A stretch of 64,000 bases of DNA from Thermoplasmata archaeon. GTDB lineage: Archaea; Thermoplasmatota; Thermoplasmata; RBG-16-68-12; JAFNFQ01. The stretch spans positions 1 through 64,000 of the forward strand of contig JBGPQV010000002.1 in assembly GCA_041489255.1 (NCBI GenBank), written 5' to 3'. The notes under the pieces are model-generated. The model was not told the DNA's origin. It saw only the letters and a program-made list of their open reading frames with translations, and did no database searches. The translations under genes and the position numbers were made by a program. Below are positions 1 to 10,921 of the stretch, piece after piece (the first letter of the stretch is position 1; every line of letters begins with the position of its first letter).

Positions 1-2638
<2,638 letters not shown>

Positions 2639-2859
2639 ACCTGTCGGCTTAGCACACGTCCAGGCTACATATGAGTGGTATCAACGAACGCTGTGCATCG
2701 GAGACTTTAGGAGTCCCCTCCAGTGTTCTCTACCCTTCCCCGCAATCGTCTCGCGGCGACCCGGGTGCACGTGAAGTCTCCCAAGCTAAAACAGGGATGC
2801 CATCATTTCTATGGTGCATTGCCCTTGCTTTGGAGAGCAGAAACATATGAGCGAGCGTG

Positions 2860-2880
2860 ATATATAAGCCTTGCTTAGCG
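2860..2880 (-). promoter_or_regulatory. Putative BRE/TATA promoter of the stand-alone 23S rRNA transcript
   Basis: Minus-strand CTTATATAT (2868-2860) about 220 nt upstream of the 23S 5' end; no 16S gene between it and the divergent trm11. Confidence 0.6.
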
Positions 2881-2976
2881 CGGGTTTCCCCTCGACAATC
2901 ATCGGCAATCGGTTCCGTCCTCGGCTCTCTAATCCCCTCGTTAGTATCAAGATACCTCCCTCGATTAGGTGTCACG

Positions 2977-3963
2977 ATGCGTTGGCTGATCGAGCTTTCC
3001 GGGGAGCATCCGACCCTCCCTAGCGCCGAGGCGGCAGCCTGCTTCGAGGCGCTGAAGGCGCGTGCGACGGACGTCGAGGTCGACGGCGCGCTGATGACGT
3101 TCGCAGCCGAAGCGAAGCCGGAGCTCGTGGCGGAGAGGCTCGCGTTGAGTCACTTCGTCAACGAGGAGATTGCGGCGGGAGCTTTCGAGGACATCCTGGC
3201 GGCTTCGGAGAAGCTCGACTTGGCGGGAGCGAGGTTCATGGTGAGGGCGCCCGCCCGCGGCGGTTCCGTGAGAAAATCGGTTGAGGAGAAGATTGGCAAG
3301 GCGCTCGCGGGGACCGGAAAGGTCGATCTAGGGCAACCCGAGGTCACATTCAGGGTGCACGAAGGCAAGAAGTGGCACCTTTCCAGGGTCCTGTGCAAGG
3401 TGAACCGCACGGAGTTCGAGAGGAGGCGCCCCGCCAATAGGCCCTTCAAAAAGCCCGTCATGCTCCATCCCCGCCTCGCCCGCGCGCTCGTGAACCTGAG
3501 CAGGGTCTCATATGGCGGGAGGCTGCTCGACCCGTTCTGCGGGACGGGAGGGATTCTCCTGGAGGCGTCGCTAGTCGGCGCTGAGATCGTCGGATCCGAC
3601 ATCGACGGCGAGATGATTGCGGGCTCGCGGAAGACCTTGAGTCACTTCAATCAGACCGGACGTCTGATCATGGCGGACGTGGGGAGGCTGCCCTCGCTCG
3701 TCGAGAAGGTCGACGCGATAGCGACAGACCCGCCATACGGTCGGTCGTCGAGCACGAGGAGTGAGTCGATCGAGTCGCTCTACCCGAGAGCTTTCGAGGC
3801 GTTCGGGCAGCTGCTCAAGCCCGGAGCGCACCTGGCCATCTGCCTCCCGGAGGAAAGGCACGCGACTATGGCGGGGCCGGATCTGAAGCTCGAGGAGACA
3901 TATCCGGTCCGCGTCCATGGATCGTTGACTAGGCACTTCACGGTCTTCTCTAGGTCACGCTGA
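2977..3963 (+). CDS. trm11: tRNA (guanine(10)-N2)-methyltransferase Trm11/TrmG10
   Basis: ELSGEHPTLP N-terminus, THUMP-like region, LHPRLARALVNL, DPFCGTGG SAM motif, TDPPYG; ATG at 2977 chosen over the upstream GTG. Confidence 0.9.
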   Translation: MRWLIELSGEHPTLPSAEAAACFEALKARATDVEVDGALMTFAAEAKPELVAERLALSHFVNEEIAAGAFEDILAASEKLDLAGARFMVRAPARGGSVRKSVEEKIGKALAGTGKVDLGQPEVTFRVHEGKKWHLSRVLCKVNRTEFERRRPANRPFKKPVMLHPRLARALVNLSRVSYGGRLLDPFCGTGGILLEASLVGAEIVGSDIDGEMIAGSRKTLSHFNQTGRLIMADVGRLPSLVEKVDAIATDPPYGRSSSTRSESIESLYPRAFEAFGQLLKPGAHLAICLPEERHATMAGPDLKLEETYPVRVHGSLTRHFTVFSRSR

Positions 3964-5416
3964 TGCTGACCTCGAGCTCCTTCGTCGGGCCGAACTCCAT
4001 GTCGCCTCTCACTGGGAGCACGAACTCGACATGGTTGGAGCCGCTGGAGTTCACAGAGAAGGTGACGTTCACCGACTGGTCGAGTGTCAAGAGAACGGTG
4101 AAGTTGTCGGAGTTCACGGTCTCGTTGAATCCGGAGCCCGTGTAGTTTAGAAACATGACGGTGAGATTGGCGTTACGCAGGTTCACTATGTCGGCGGAAC
4201 GCAATTTGACGGTGATGTACGCGTAGGTGTTGCCGGTGTTCGCGATCGTGAAGTTGGCGGTGGTGTTCGTGCCCGACGTCACGTTGACGGTGAAAGGCGT
4301 TGGTGCCTCAAAGGCAAAGTCCGGGTTCTCCGGCACGATGACGAGAGGTCTGGGCACGAAGGCCGCGAGGAAGACCACGACGGCAACGACCCCTACCGCC
4401 TTGCGCTTGAGGCCGAGCTTCGTGATGTCGTTGAGCGGGGGCGGGTGCCTCGCTCCCAAGAACATGATGAAGAGCGCGATGATGAGCCAGCTCTCATAGA
4501 CGAAGAGGCCGAGGAGAAGCATGGTGAGGATTGTGAAGTAGCTCAGGTACTTCGCGCGGTCGCCGAGGACGGCACGGGCAACGTGACCGCCGTCAAGCTG
4601 CCCCGCGGGGAGGAGGTTCAATGCGGTGACGAAGAGCCCGACCCAGCCGGCGAACGCTGTCGGGTGGATCCGGGCGTCTGCGGGGAGCGGGAAGAACATC
4701 ACGAGGAACTCGTAGAGGTACGAAGGCAGGGCGACAGCGTCTCCGCCGACGACCACCGCCGTCCTGGGGTCGCGTGAGATGAGGAAGAGTCCGATGAGCG
4801 TGACCGGGATGGCCACGGCGAGGCCGTAGAGCGGGCCGGATATCCCTATGTCCAGCAGGGCCTTCCTGCTAGGTATCGGGTCCCGCATGCTTATGACCGC
4901 GCCGAAGGTCCCGAGCGGCGGTATGGAGGGGACGAAGAATGGCAGAGACGCCGCGACCTGGTACTTCTTGGCGGTGATGAAGTGCCCCATCTCGTGGATG
5001 CCGAGGATGAGCATGAGCGGGAAGGCGAAGAAGAGCGCGCCGAAGGCGATGCTCCTGATGTCGAACATGTCGATGTCGTCGTACGCCCCCCAGAGCATCG
5101 CGCCCGCGATGACCGTGGTGATGACCGTGAGGGCGAGCATGACGACATTCACTTGTGATCCGACGAACTTCGCCGGCGGCTTCCGGTGTATCAGGACGAT
5201 GTGCTCGCCCTTGTCCCTCGTGATGAAGGGTACGTAGCCGCGGGGGATCAGCTGCCTCCTCATCTCATCGAAGCTGTTGTCGAGCGTCGCCGGCTCGACG
5301 TGGACGAAGAACGTCAGCACCTCGGGCCTGACCCGGACCTCGTAGACCGGGAAGTATCTGGCGACTGTCGACTTCAGGTCCTCTATCTCTTTTTCGGGAC
5401 TCAACATCTCGTTCAA
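3950..5416 (-). CDS. Site-2 (M50) intramembrane metalloprotease with C-terminal extracellular Ig-like extension
   Basis: HEMGH zinc motif, NLLPAGQLDGGH motif, multiple TM segments, Asn/Thr-rich beta C-terminus. Confidence 0.9.
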   Translation of the reverse strand: MNEMLSPEKEIEDLKSTVARYFPVYEVRVRPEVLTFFVHVEPATLDNSFDEMRRQLIPRGYVPFITRDKGEHIVLIHRKPPAKFVGSQVNVVMLALTVITTVIAGAMLWGAYDDIDMFDIRSIAFGALFFAFPLMLILGIHEMGHFITAKKYQVAASLPFFVPSIPPLGTFGAVISMRDPIPSRKALLDIGISGPLYGLAVAIPVTLIGLFLISRDPRTAVVVGGDAVALPSYLYEFLVMFFPLPADARIHPTAFAGWVGLFVTALNLLPAGQLDGGHVARAVLGDRAKYLSYFTILTMLLLGLFVYESWLIIALFIMFLGARHPPPLNDITKLGLKRKAVGVVAVVVFLAAFVPRPLVIVPENPDFAFEAPTPFTVNVTSGTNTTANFTIANTGNTYAYITVKLRSADIVNLRNANLTVMFLNYTGSGFNETVNSDNFTVLLTLDQSVNVTFSVNSSGSNHVEFVLPVRGDMEFGPTKELEVSISVT

Positions 5417-5447
5417 TCCTAGCCTGCCGAGGTATTAAAATGTGGCT

Positions 5448-6044
5448 TCATCGGGTCGCGCCCAATAGCCAAAGGATTATGGCGGTGACCAGACCGGCGG
5501 CCGCGAAACGCAGCCCGGAGAATATCGCGTGCTCCTTCGCCATGCGCCCCATATACGCGCCCATCGCGAACAGGAAAGAGAGCGTGATTATGATGGATAT
5601 CCACACTGCGTCCACGAACGACATGAACAAGAACGGTACAACGGGGACCAGGGAGGCGATGAGCGGGGCGACGCCATGGACTGCCGCGCTCGCCAGCGAG
5701 GCGAAGGCGAAGGCGTCCCTGTGGGTCTCGCCCAGCTCCGCAAGCATCGCGTGCTCAAGGGTGGTCTGGTTGATCTTCCTCTCGACCCTCTCCGCCTCGT
5801 AGGCTCCGACCAAGCTCGATATCGAGAGCGCGATCGCCGCGCTGAAGCTCATCGCGAGCACGAGGCTCCTGTGCTCCTCTCCCGCCCCCGCCACGATTGC
5901 CCCCAGTATGATGCCCAAGACCGTGAGGGCACCGTCGAACGCGCCGATGATGAAGTAGCGTCGGAGTATCGGCCCGACCTTGGTGATCTCGCTGTATTCC
6001 TTGAATCTCATCCTCAGGGTGCCGCGGGCCATCTCAGTTCGCAC
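5448..6044 (-). CDS. VIT1/CCC1 family membrane transporter
   Basis: RRYFIIGAFDGALTVLG, GAYEAERVE and about 5 TM helices; overlaps the alaS stop. Confidence 0.8.
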   Translation of the reverse strand: MRTEMARGTLRMRFKEYSEITKVGPILRRYFIIGAFDGALTVLGIILGAIVAGAGEEHRSLVLAMSFSAAIALSISSLVGAYEAERVERKINQTTLEHAMLAELGETHRDAFAFASLASAAVHGVAPLIASLVPVVPFLFMSFVDAVWISIIITLSFLFAMGAYMGRMAKEHAIFSGLRFAAAGLVTAIILWLLGATR

Positions 6045-8745
6045 CCGCCCTCAGTTTCGAAAGGGCCGCCTCCTTCATCTTCTCCACAGCCGCCTTCACT
6101 CCCGCAATGTTGGGCCCGCCGCCCTGCGCGAAGTCGGGCTTCCCCCCGCCTTTCCCGCCGATCAGGGCGACACCCTCGCCGATGATCTCCCTGCAATCCA
6201 GATTCACGCCTTCTGATCTGCCCACCGCGATGCTCGCCGTCTCTCCCTCAGCGCCAAGTATCGCAACCGCCTTGCCGCCGCCGAGCAGCTCCCCCGCGAG
6301 TGAGACGAGTTCGCTCATCCCGCCGGAGACCACGTGAGTGAAGACCCAGACACCACCCGCCTCGATGCCTTGCGGTGCACCCGTCCTCTTGTCGGTGCCC
6401 TGCGCGAGGATAGTCATCTTCTCCCGCTTCAGCCTCTCGACTTCCTTCCTCAACTCCTTGCGCTCGCTGGATAGGTGCTTCACCGATTCTGACATCTGCT
6501 CGATCGTCGTGCCGAGGATCTCGGCTATCTCCGCCCTCATCGACGACTCCTTGAGCATCTCATCGACGGCGGGTCTTCCCGCCGCATACTCGAGCCGGAG
6601 GACCCCGTCCTGTATCCTCTTCGTCCTCAGCATCTTGAAGGTGCCGACCTGGCCGGTCCTGTCGCAGTGAGTCCCGCCGCACGCCTCGACGTCCAGCCCG
6701 GGGATCTGCACGACCCTGACCATTTCACCCGGGACCGCGCCCCCCTGATACAGCCTGAAGCCGAACCTCCGCTCGGCTTCCTCCCGCGGAATGAAGCTCT
6801 TCTTCAGGGGGATGTCTGCGAGGATGATCTCGTTAACCCGCCTCTCGATCCTCTCTTTCTCTTCGGGCTTGAGGTTGTCGTAGTGGGTGATGTCGAGGCG
6901 GCCCTCGGTCTCTGACTTGTGCGCCCCCGCCTGCCAGACGTGCTTCCCCAGGATCTCCCTGGCAACCGCCAAGACCAGGTGTGTGGCGGTGTGGTTCCTC
7001 ATGAGGTTCACCCGCCTCTTCCAATCGATCTCACACTCGACCTTCTGCCCCTTCTTCACCTTGAGCTTCCCTTCAGTGAAATGCAGAACCGAGCCGCCAG
7101 ACCTCTGCACGTCGACGACTCGGTTCCAGCCGATCGTGCCATGGTCCGGCTCCTGCCCGCCGCCCTCGGGGTAGAAGTATGTCTGGTCAAGGACGACGAT
7201 GTTCCCCTTGATCGCCACGACTTTGGCGGTGAACTCGCGCTTCTGCTCGTCCTCGTAGACGCGGAGCTTCGTGGCGGGAAGACCCGTCGGCAATTCGCGC
7301 TTGATCTCCTCCTCGACCTCAGGCTTCTCGTGCCTCGCCGCAACCCGCCCATAGAAGTCGTCGGGGATCTCGATCTTCTCCTTCGCGAACTCGGAGACCA
7401 TCTCGGGGTTGAGGCCGTGGGAGTCGTAGAGCTCGACGAGCTGGTCGATGCCGATCTTGCCGCCCTCGGCCTTCACCTTCTCCTCCAGCCTCGTGACGAT
7501 GGCCATGCCCTTGGCGAGGGTATCGCTGTACCGCTCCTCCTCGATCTTGACGATGCGCGCCATGCTCTCCCTGTTCTCCTCGAGCTCGGGGAAGTCGTTC
7601 CTGAACATGTCGAGCTGCATGGCGATGATCTCGTCCAGTGTCTGCTCGAGGTCGAGAGTCTCGATCGCCCTTATCGCCCGCCGTATGAGGAGGCGCGCGA
7701 AATATCCCTCTCTCACGTTCGAGGGCACGACGCCGTCGGCCAGGAGGAACATGAGCGCCCTGGTGTGGTCGCAGAGGACGTAGAGGTTCTCGAGAGGCAT
7801 GATCGCCTCCAGCAGGTCCTGATAGGCTATGCCGATCCTCTTCGCGACCTCCAGTCGGATCTCGCGGATGTCCCTGGCGGTCTCGACCTTGGTGAGCCCC
7901 GCCACCCTGCTGTACTCCTGCAGTACCTTCTCCTCGGCGCTCACGCCCGAGGATTCCTTGAGGCTAGAGAGCACTTCGCCGAAGACCGCCTCGTAGGCTG
8001 AAGGCGTTCCCTGCGAGATCCATGTGAGTCTCTCGAGACCGTAACCTGTGTCGACGACCTGGATGCCCATAGGGACGTTCTTCCCGTCGACCTCCTTGTT
8101 CATCATGAAGACGAGCGTGGCTGCCTCGGCACCGCCAAGAATGACCTCGAAGCATGGCCCTGAATTGCCCCCGCCACTCCACCACGCCTCCTTGTAGGTG
8201 AGGGCCTTCGCGTCGACTTTGAGGCGGGAGGTCATGAACTCGTGACAGAGCTCCACTGTCCTGTCCTTGAAGTAGACCTTCTTCTTGGGGTAGTTGAAGG
8301 CGTGGTGCGCCATCATCTCGAACATGGTGAAGTGCTGGCCGGTCCTGCCGACGTTGTGAATGTCGTTGAAGCGGACGCAGGGCTGGCTGATCGCGAGGGG
8401 GTTGGCGGGAGGCTTCTCGACCCCGGAGACGACCCAGGGCTGGAACGGGTAGATGCTCGCCTGCGTGAAGAACACGTCGTCGCGCCAGCGCGCGACTATG
8501 GGGTAGCGGGGGATGCGCTTGTGCCCGTTCTTCTCCAGGAAGGTGAGGAAGGCCTCTCTCATCTCTCGGAGGGTGAATCGCCTGGCGGTTGGCGGGTGGC
8601 CGATGAAGTCGTACTCCTGACATGGGGTCTCGCCGCACGTCCGATGATCGCCGAGCGTCCAGAACCAAGTGCTGCACTTTGGGCACTTCCTGCGCTCGAA
8701 GTCCTTCTCCTTGAAAAGTGAGACGCGATAGTCCTTGTCGGACAT
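6034..8745 (-). CDS. alaS: Alanine--tRNA ligase (archaeal type)
   Basis: N-terminal CxxC, RWRDDVFFTQASI, HFTMFEMMAHH, DTGYGLER, editing motifs HTATH and ACGGTH, C-terminal GGKGGGKPDFAQGGG. Confidence 0.98.
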   Translation of the reverse strand: MSDKDYRVSLFKEKDFERRKCPKCSTWFWTLGDHRTCGETPCQEYDFIGHPPTARRFTLREMREAFLTFLEKNGHKRIPRYPIVARWRDDVFFTQASIYPFQPWVVSGVEKPPANPLAISQPCVRFNDIHNVGRTGQHFTMFEMMAHHAFNYPKKKVYFKDRTVELCHEFMTSRLKVDAKALTYKEAWWSGGGNSGPCFEVILGGAEAATLVFMMNKEVDGKNVPMGIQVVDTGYGLERLTWISQGTPSAYEAVFGEVLSSLKESSGVSAEEKVLQEYSRVAGLTKVETARDIREIRLEVAKRIGIAYQDLLEAIMPLENLYVLCDHTRALMFLLADGVVPSNVREGYFARLLIRRAIRAIETLDLEQTLDEIIAMQLDMFRNDFPELEENRESMARIVKIEEERYSDTLAKGMAIVTRLEEKVKAEGGKIGIDQLVELYDSHGLNPEMVSEFAKEKIEIPDDFYGRVAARHEKPEVEEEIKRELPTGLPATKLRVYEDEQKREFTAKVVAIKGNIVVLDQTYFYPEGGGQEPDHGTIGWNRVVDVQRSGGSVLHFTEGKLKVKKGQKVECEIDWKRRVNLMRNHTATHLVLAVAREILGKHVWQAGAHKSETEGRLDITHYDNLKPEEKERIERRVNEIILADIPLKKSFIPREEAERRFGFRLYQGGAVPGEMVRVVQIPGLDVEACGGTHCDRTGQVGTFKMLRTKRIQDGVLRLEYAAGRPAVDEMLKESSMRAEIAEILGTTIEQMSESVKHLSSERKELRKEVERLKREKMTILAQGTDKRTGAPQGIEAGGVWVFTHVVSGGMSELVSLAGELLGGGKAVAILGAEGETASIAVGRSEGVNLDCREIIGEGVALIGGKGGGKPDFAQGGGPNIAGVKAAVEKMKEAALSKLRAGAN

Positions 8746-8770
8746 GCGGGATTGCGAATGGATGGCGGCG

Positions 8771-8790
8771 TAATAAAGGTAAGTGGTGAC
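8771..8790 (-). promoter_or_regulatory. alaS TATA box, probably leaderless transcript
   Basis: Minus-strand CCTTTATTA about 26-33 nt upstream of the ATG at 8745; conserved in the copy at 10830-10838. Confidence 0.6.
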
Positions 8791-8864
8791 TCATTCTCCG
8801 CGAAAACGGTATTATCGAAATACCAAGAATCTTCGGCAGTCGCAAACGGTCGAAAGCCCCTTAT

Positions 8865-9650
8865 CTAAATCCTGCGGGGAAGGCGGAATCGCCACACAGA
8901 GGATGGTGTCTTCTCTAAGGAATCCAACGCTTCGTCGATTGCCCTATCGGCCTTTGAAGGTAAATAACGGGCTATGCCTGAGCTGACCTTCTTAAGAAGC
9001 CTGATCTCGTTGGGCAGCTCCGCCTCTACATCTATCCGTTTCGACTCATAGTCGAAAGTGACTGTAGGGAACGCGTCCGCAACAATCATTGTCCGAGCTT
9101 CCCGCCACACGTACTTCTCTCCTGCGGAGTCGAGCGCGGATCGAATGGCGGTCACTACATCGTCCCTGCCACTGTGAACGAAGCGCACGAGCATGCCTCC
9201 GTATCTTCGTTTCCTGAGTCTATGGAATATGTAGACGACGGGGAACATGGCAAGAAGGAGAATGATACCAATCTCGATCTCAGTTGATGCTTCAGCAGTC
9301 AGGCCTGTTGGCGGTATCAGCCAATAAAACAAGGGAATCGACAACACTCCACCAAGAAGCCCGATTGCCGCCATTGGGAATGGGTTGAGCAATTCCATAT
9401 CGAACCAGAGACCGATGAGGGATTTCCTCAGTCTGAGGTCCTGAAGGACGCCGATCGGTATCAAGACAATGAAGACAGCGAAGTAGGCGACCAGTGGATA
9501 GAACGAATAGTATAGAGAACCGTAGAAGACCAGAGGAAATGTGACGACGAGCGTAAAAACCACGAGAGCGTTTTCTCTCTTGACGCGCAATAGTTTCAAA
9601 GAGACCGATCTAGATCTTTCCGAGCGATCAAATGCAGGCATCTTATGCAT
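8865..9650 (-). CDS. Hypothetical membrane protein (about 4 TM plus soluble C-terminal domain)
   Basis: 261-aa ORF with hydrophobic segments, visibly more AT-rich than alaS; start at 9650 or 9641. Confidence 0.7.
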   Translation of the reverse strand: MHKMPAFDRSERSRSVSLKLLRVKRENALVVFTLVVTFPLVFYGSLYYSFYPLVAYFAVFIVLIPIGVLQDLRLRKSLIGLWFDMELLNPFPMAAIGLLGGVLSIPLFYWLIPPTGLTAEASTEIEIGIILLLAMFPVVYIFHRLRKRRYGGMLVRFVHSGRDDVVTAIRSALDSAGEKYVWREARTMIVADAFPTVTFDYESKRIDVEAELPNEIRLLKKVSSGIARYLPSKADRAIDEALDSLEKTPSSVWRFRLPRRI

Positions 9651-9659
9651 CTTGCTTCA

Positions 9660-9845
9660 TCAATCGCTGGATTGGTATTTCATAGTTACAGGTCATTCGC
9701 TCGCTCAAAGGCCAGAACCTTGTGTAGCACTTGGTGCGCCTCATCCGCTGGAAGGCTTTCTCCTTGAAAAGTGAGACGCGATAGTCCTTGTCGGTCATGT
9801 GGGTTCTCGAATGGACGGCAGTGTAATGAAGGTGAGTGATGCCGA
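9660..9845 (-). repeat. alaS promoter plus 5' fragment, copy 1
   Basis: ATG at 9798 reads MTDKDYRVSLFKEKAFQRMRRTKCYTRFWPLSERMTC against native MSDKDYRVSLFKEKDFERRKCPKCSTWFWTLGDHRTC; upstream sequence also aligns. Confidence 0.95.
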
Positions 9846-9950
9846 TTGACAACTCACTGACTGTGGCCATGGCCTGCGCGGTGTCCATCAAGTCAGAATC
9901 ATGGCTCCAATGCCACTAAATACCCCGGATGCCATAGATACCATGGAACC

Positions 9951-10232
9951 ATGGCAACCGTAGTCTCGATCGACAAGGCTGGGCGCATAGTCATACCGAA
10001 GGAGACCAGGGACTCGCAGAAAATCCGCCCTGGCGCTAAGTTCCTCCTGGTGAAGGGTCGCAACGGCATCATGTGGCTCCAGAGGCTGGACCCCGACGAG
10101 CTGGCGAGGCAGGTTCACGAGGAACTCAAAGGCGTGGACCTCGAACCGATTATCGCGAAGGTCAAGGCAGAGGTAGAGCGGCTCGCCTTGTCGTCGTATC
10201 CCGCACTCCGCCGAAAGCGCTCTAGGGCATAG
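9951..10232 (+). CDS. AbrB/MazE/SpoVT-family antitoxin (VapB-like)
   Basis: SIDKAGRIVIPKETR swapped-hairpin signature; directly upstream of a PIN gene. Confidence 0.88.
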   Translation: MATVVSIDKAGRIVIPKETRDSQKIRPGAKFLLVKGRNGIMWLQRLDPDELARQVHEELKGVDLEPIIAKVKAEVERLALSSYPALRRKRSRA

Positions 10233-10244
10233 GGGTCAGTCGCT

Positions 10245-10676
10245 GTGACCGACCCGCAATTGGTCCTCCTCGACACGAATGTGTGTGTATCCGCGGTGAA
10301 GAAACCGCTCAAGGAGACAGAGACATTCCGCCTGATAATCCACTTGTTGGAGGACGAAGGGTTCAGCCTTGTAGGAAGCGACATTCTTGCGCTGGAGCTC
10401 CTCCGCTACGCTGAGCAGTTCCCTTCCGCCACAGCGGCGACTCTCGCCACCGCCATGCTCGAGAAGATGTCGATAGTCAGGGTCGAGGAGAGGTTCATCG
10501 TTGCGTGCTCCCCGTACTTCCCGCCAAGCTCGCTCGCCGACTGCCTTCATGCAGCCACCTGCCTCCAGACCGGCGCCGTGTTCGTGTCAAACGACCGCGA
10601 CTTCGACAAGATCAGGAAAGCCGGCCTCGTCGACGTCCTGACGACCAGCGAGGCGATCCGTCGTTGGCTGCCGTGA
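10245..10676 (+). CDS. PIN-domain (VapC-like) toxin
   Basis: LLDTNV, LADCLHAATC, VSNDRDF acidic PIN motifs. Confidence 0.9.
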   Translation: MTDPQLVLLDTNVCVSAVKKPLKETETFRLIIHLLEDEGFSLVGSDILALELLRYAEQFPSATAATLATAMLEKMSIVRVEERFIVACSPYFPPSSLADCLHAATCLQTGAVFVSNDRDFDKIRKAGLVDVLTTSEAIRRWLP

Positions 10677-10731
10677 CCATGATGGCCTTGGCGCCCGACA
10701 TCTCACCGGAGGAGGAGCGCTAGTCAAGGGA

Positions 10732-10866
10732 TGCACTTGGGGCACTTCCTGCGCTCGAAGTCCTTCTCCTTGAAAAGCGCGACCCGGTAATCCTTGTCGG
10801 GCATGCGGGTTCTCGAATGAATGGCGGTGTAATAAAGGTAAGTGGTAATGGATTCTGCTCGAAAGC
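10732..10866 (-). repeat. alaS promoter plus 5' fragment, copy 2 (best conserved)
   Basis: ATG at 10804 reads MPDKDYRVALFKEKDFERRKCPKC then IP-stop; upstream TAATAAAGGTAAGTGGT identical to native. Confidence 0.97.
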
Positions 10867-10921
10867 GACGGACCAGAGGACTCATGACAAGGCACACCCG
10901 CCAGGCCATATCTCCTACCAA

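Noticed and set aside
6919-8845. Long alternative-frame or antisense ORFs here and over other genes (13000-13800, 46479-47591, 57436-58509)
   Set aside because: Shadow ORFs of GC-rich genes with clear family motifs in the main frame.
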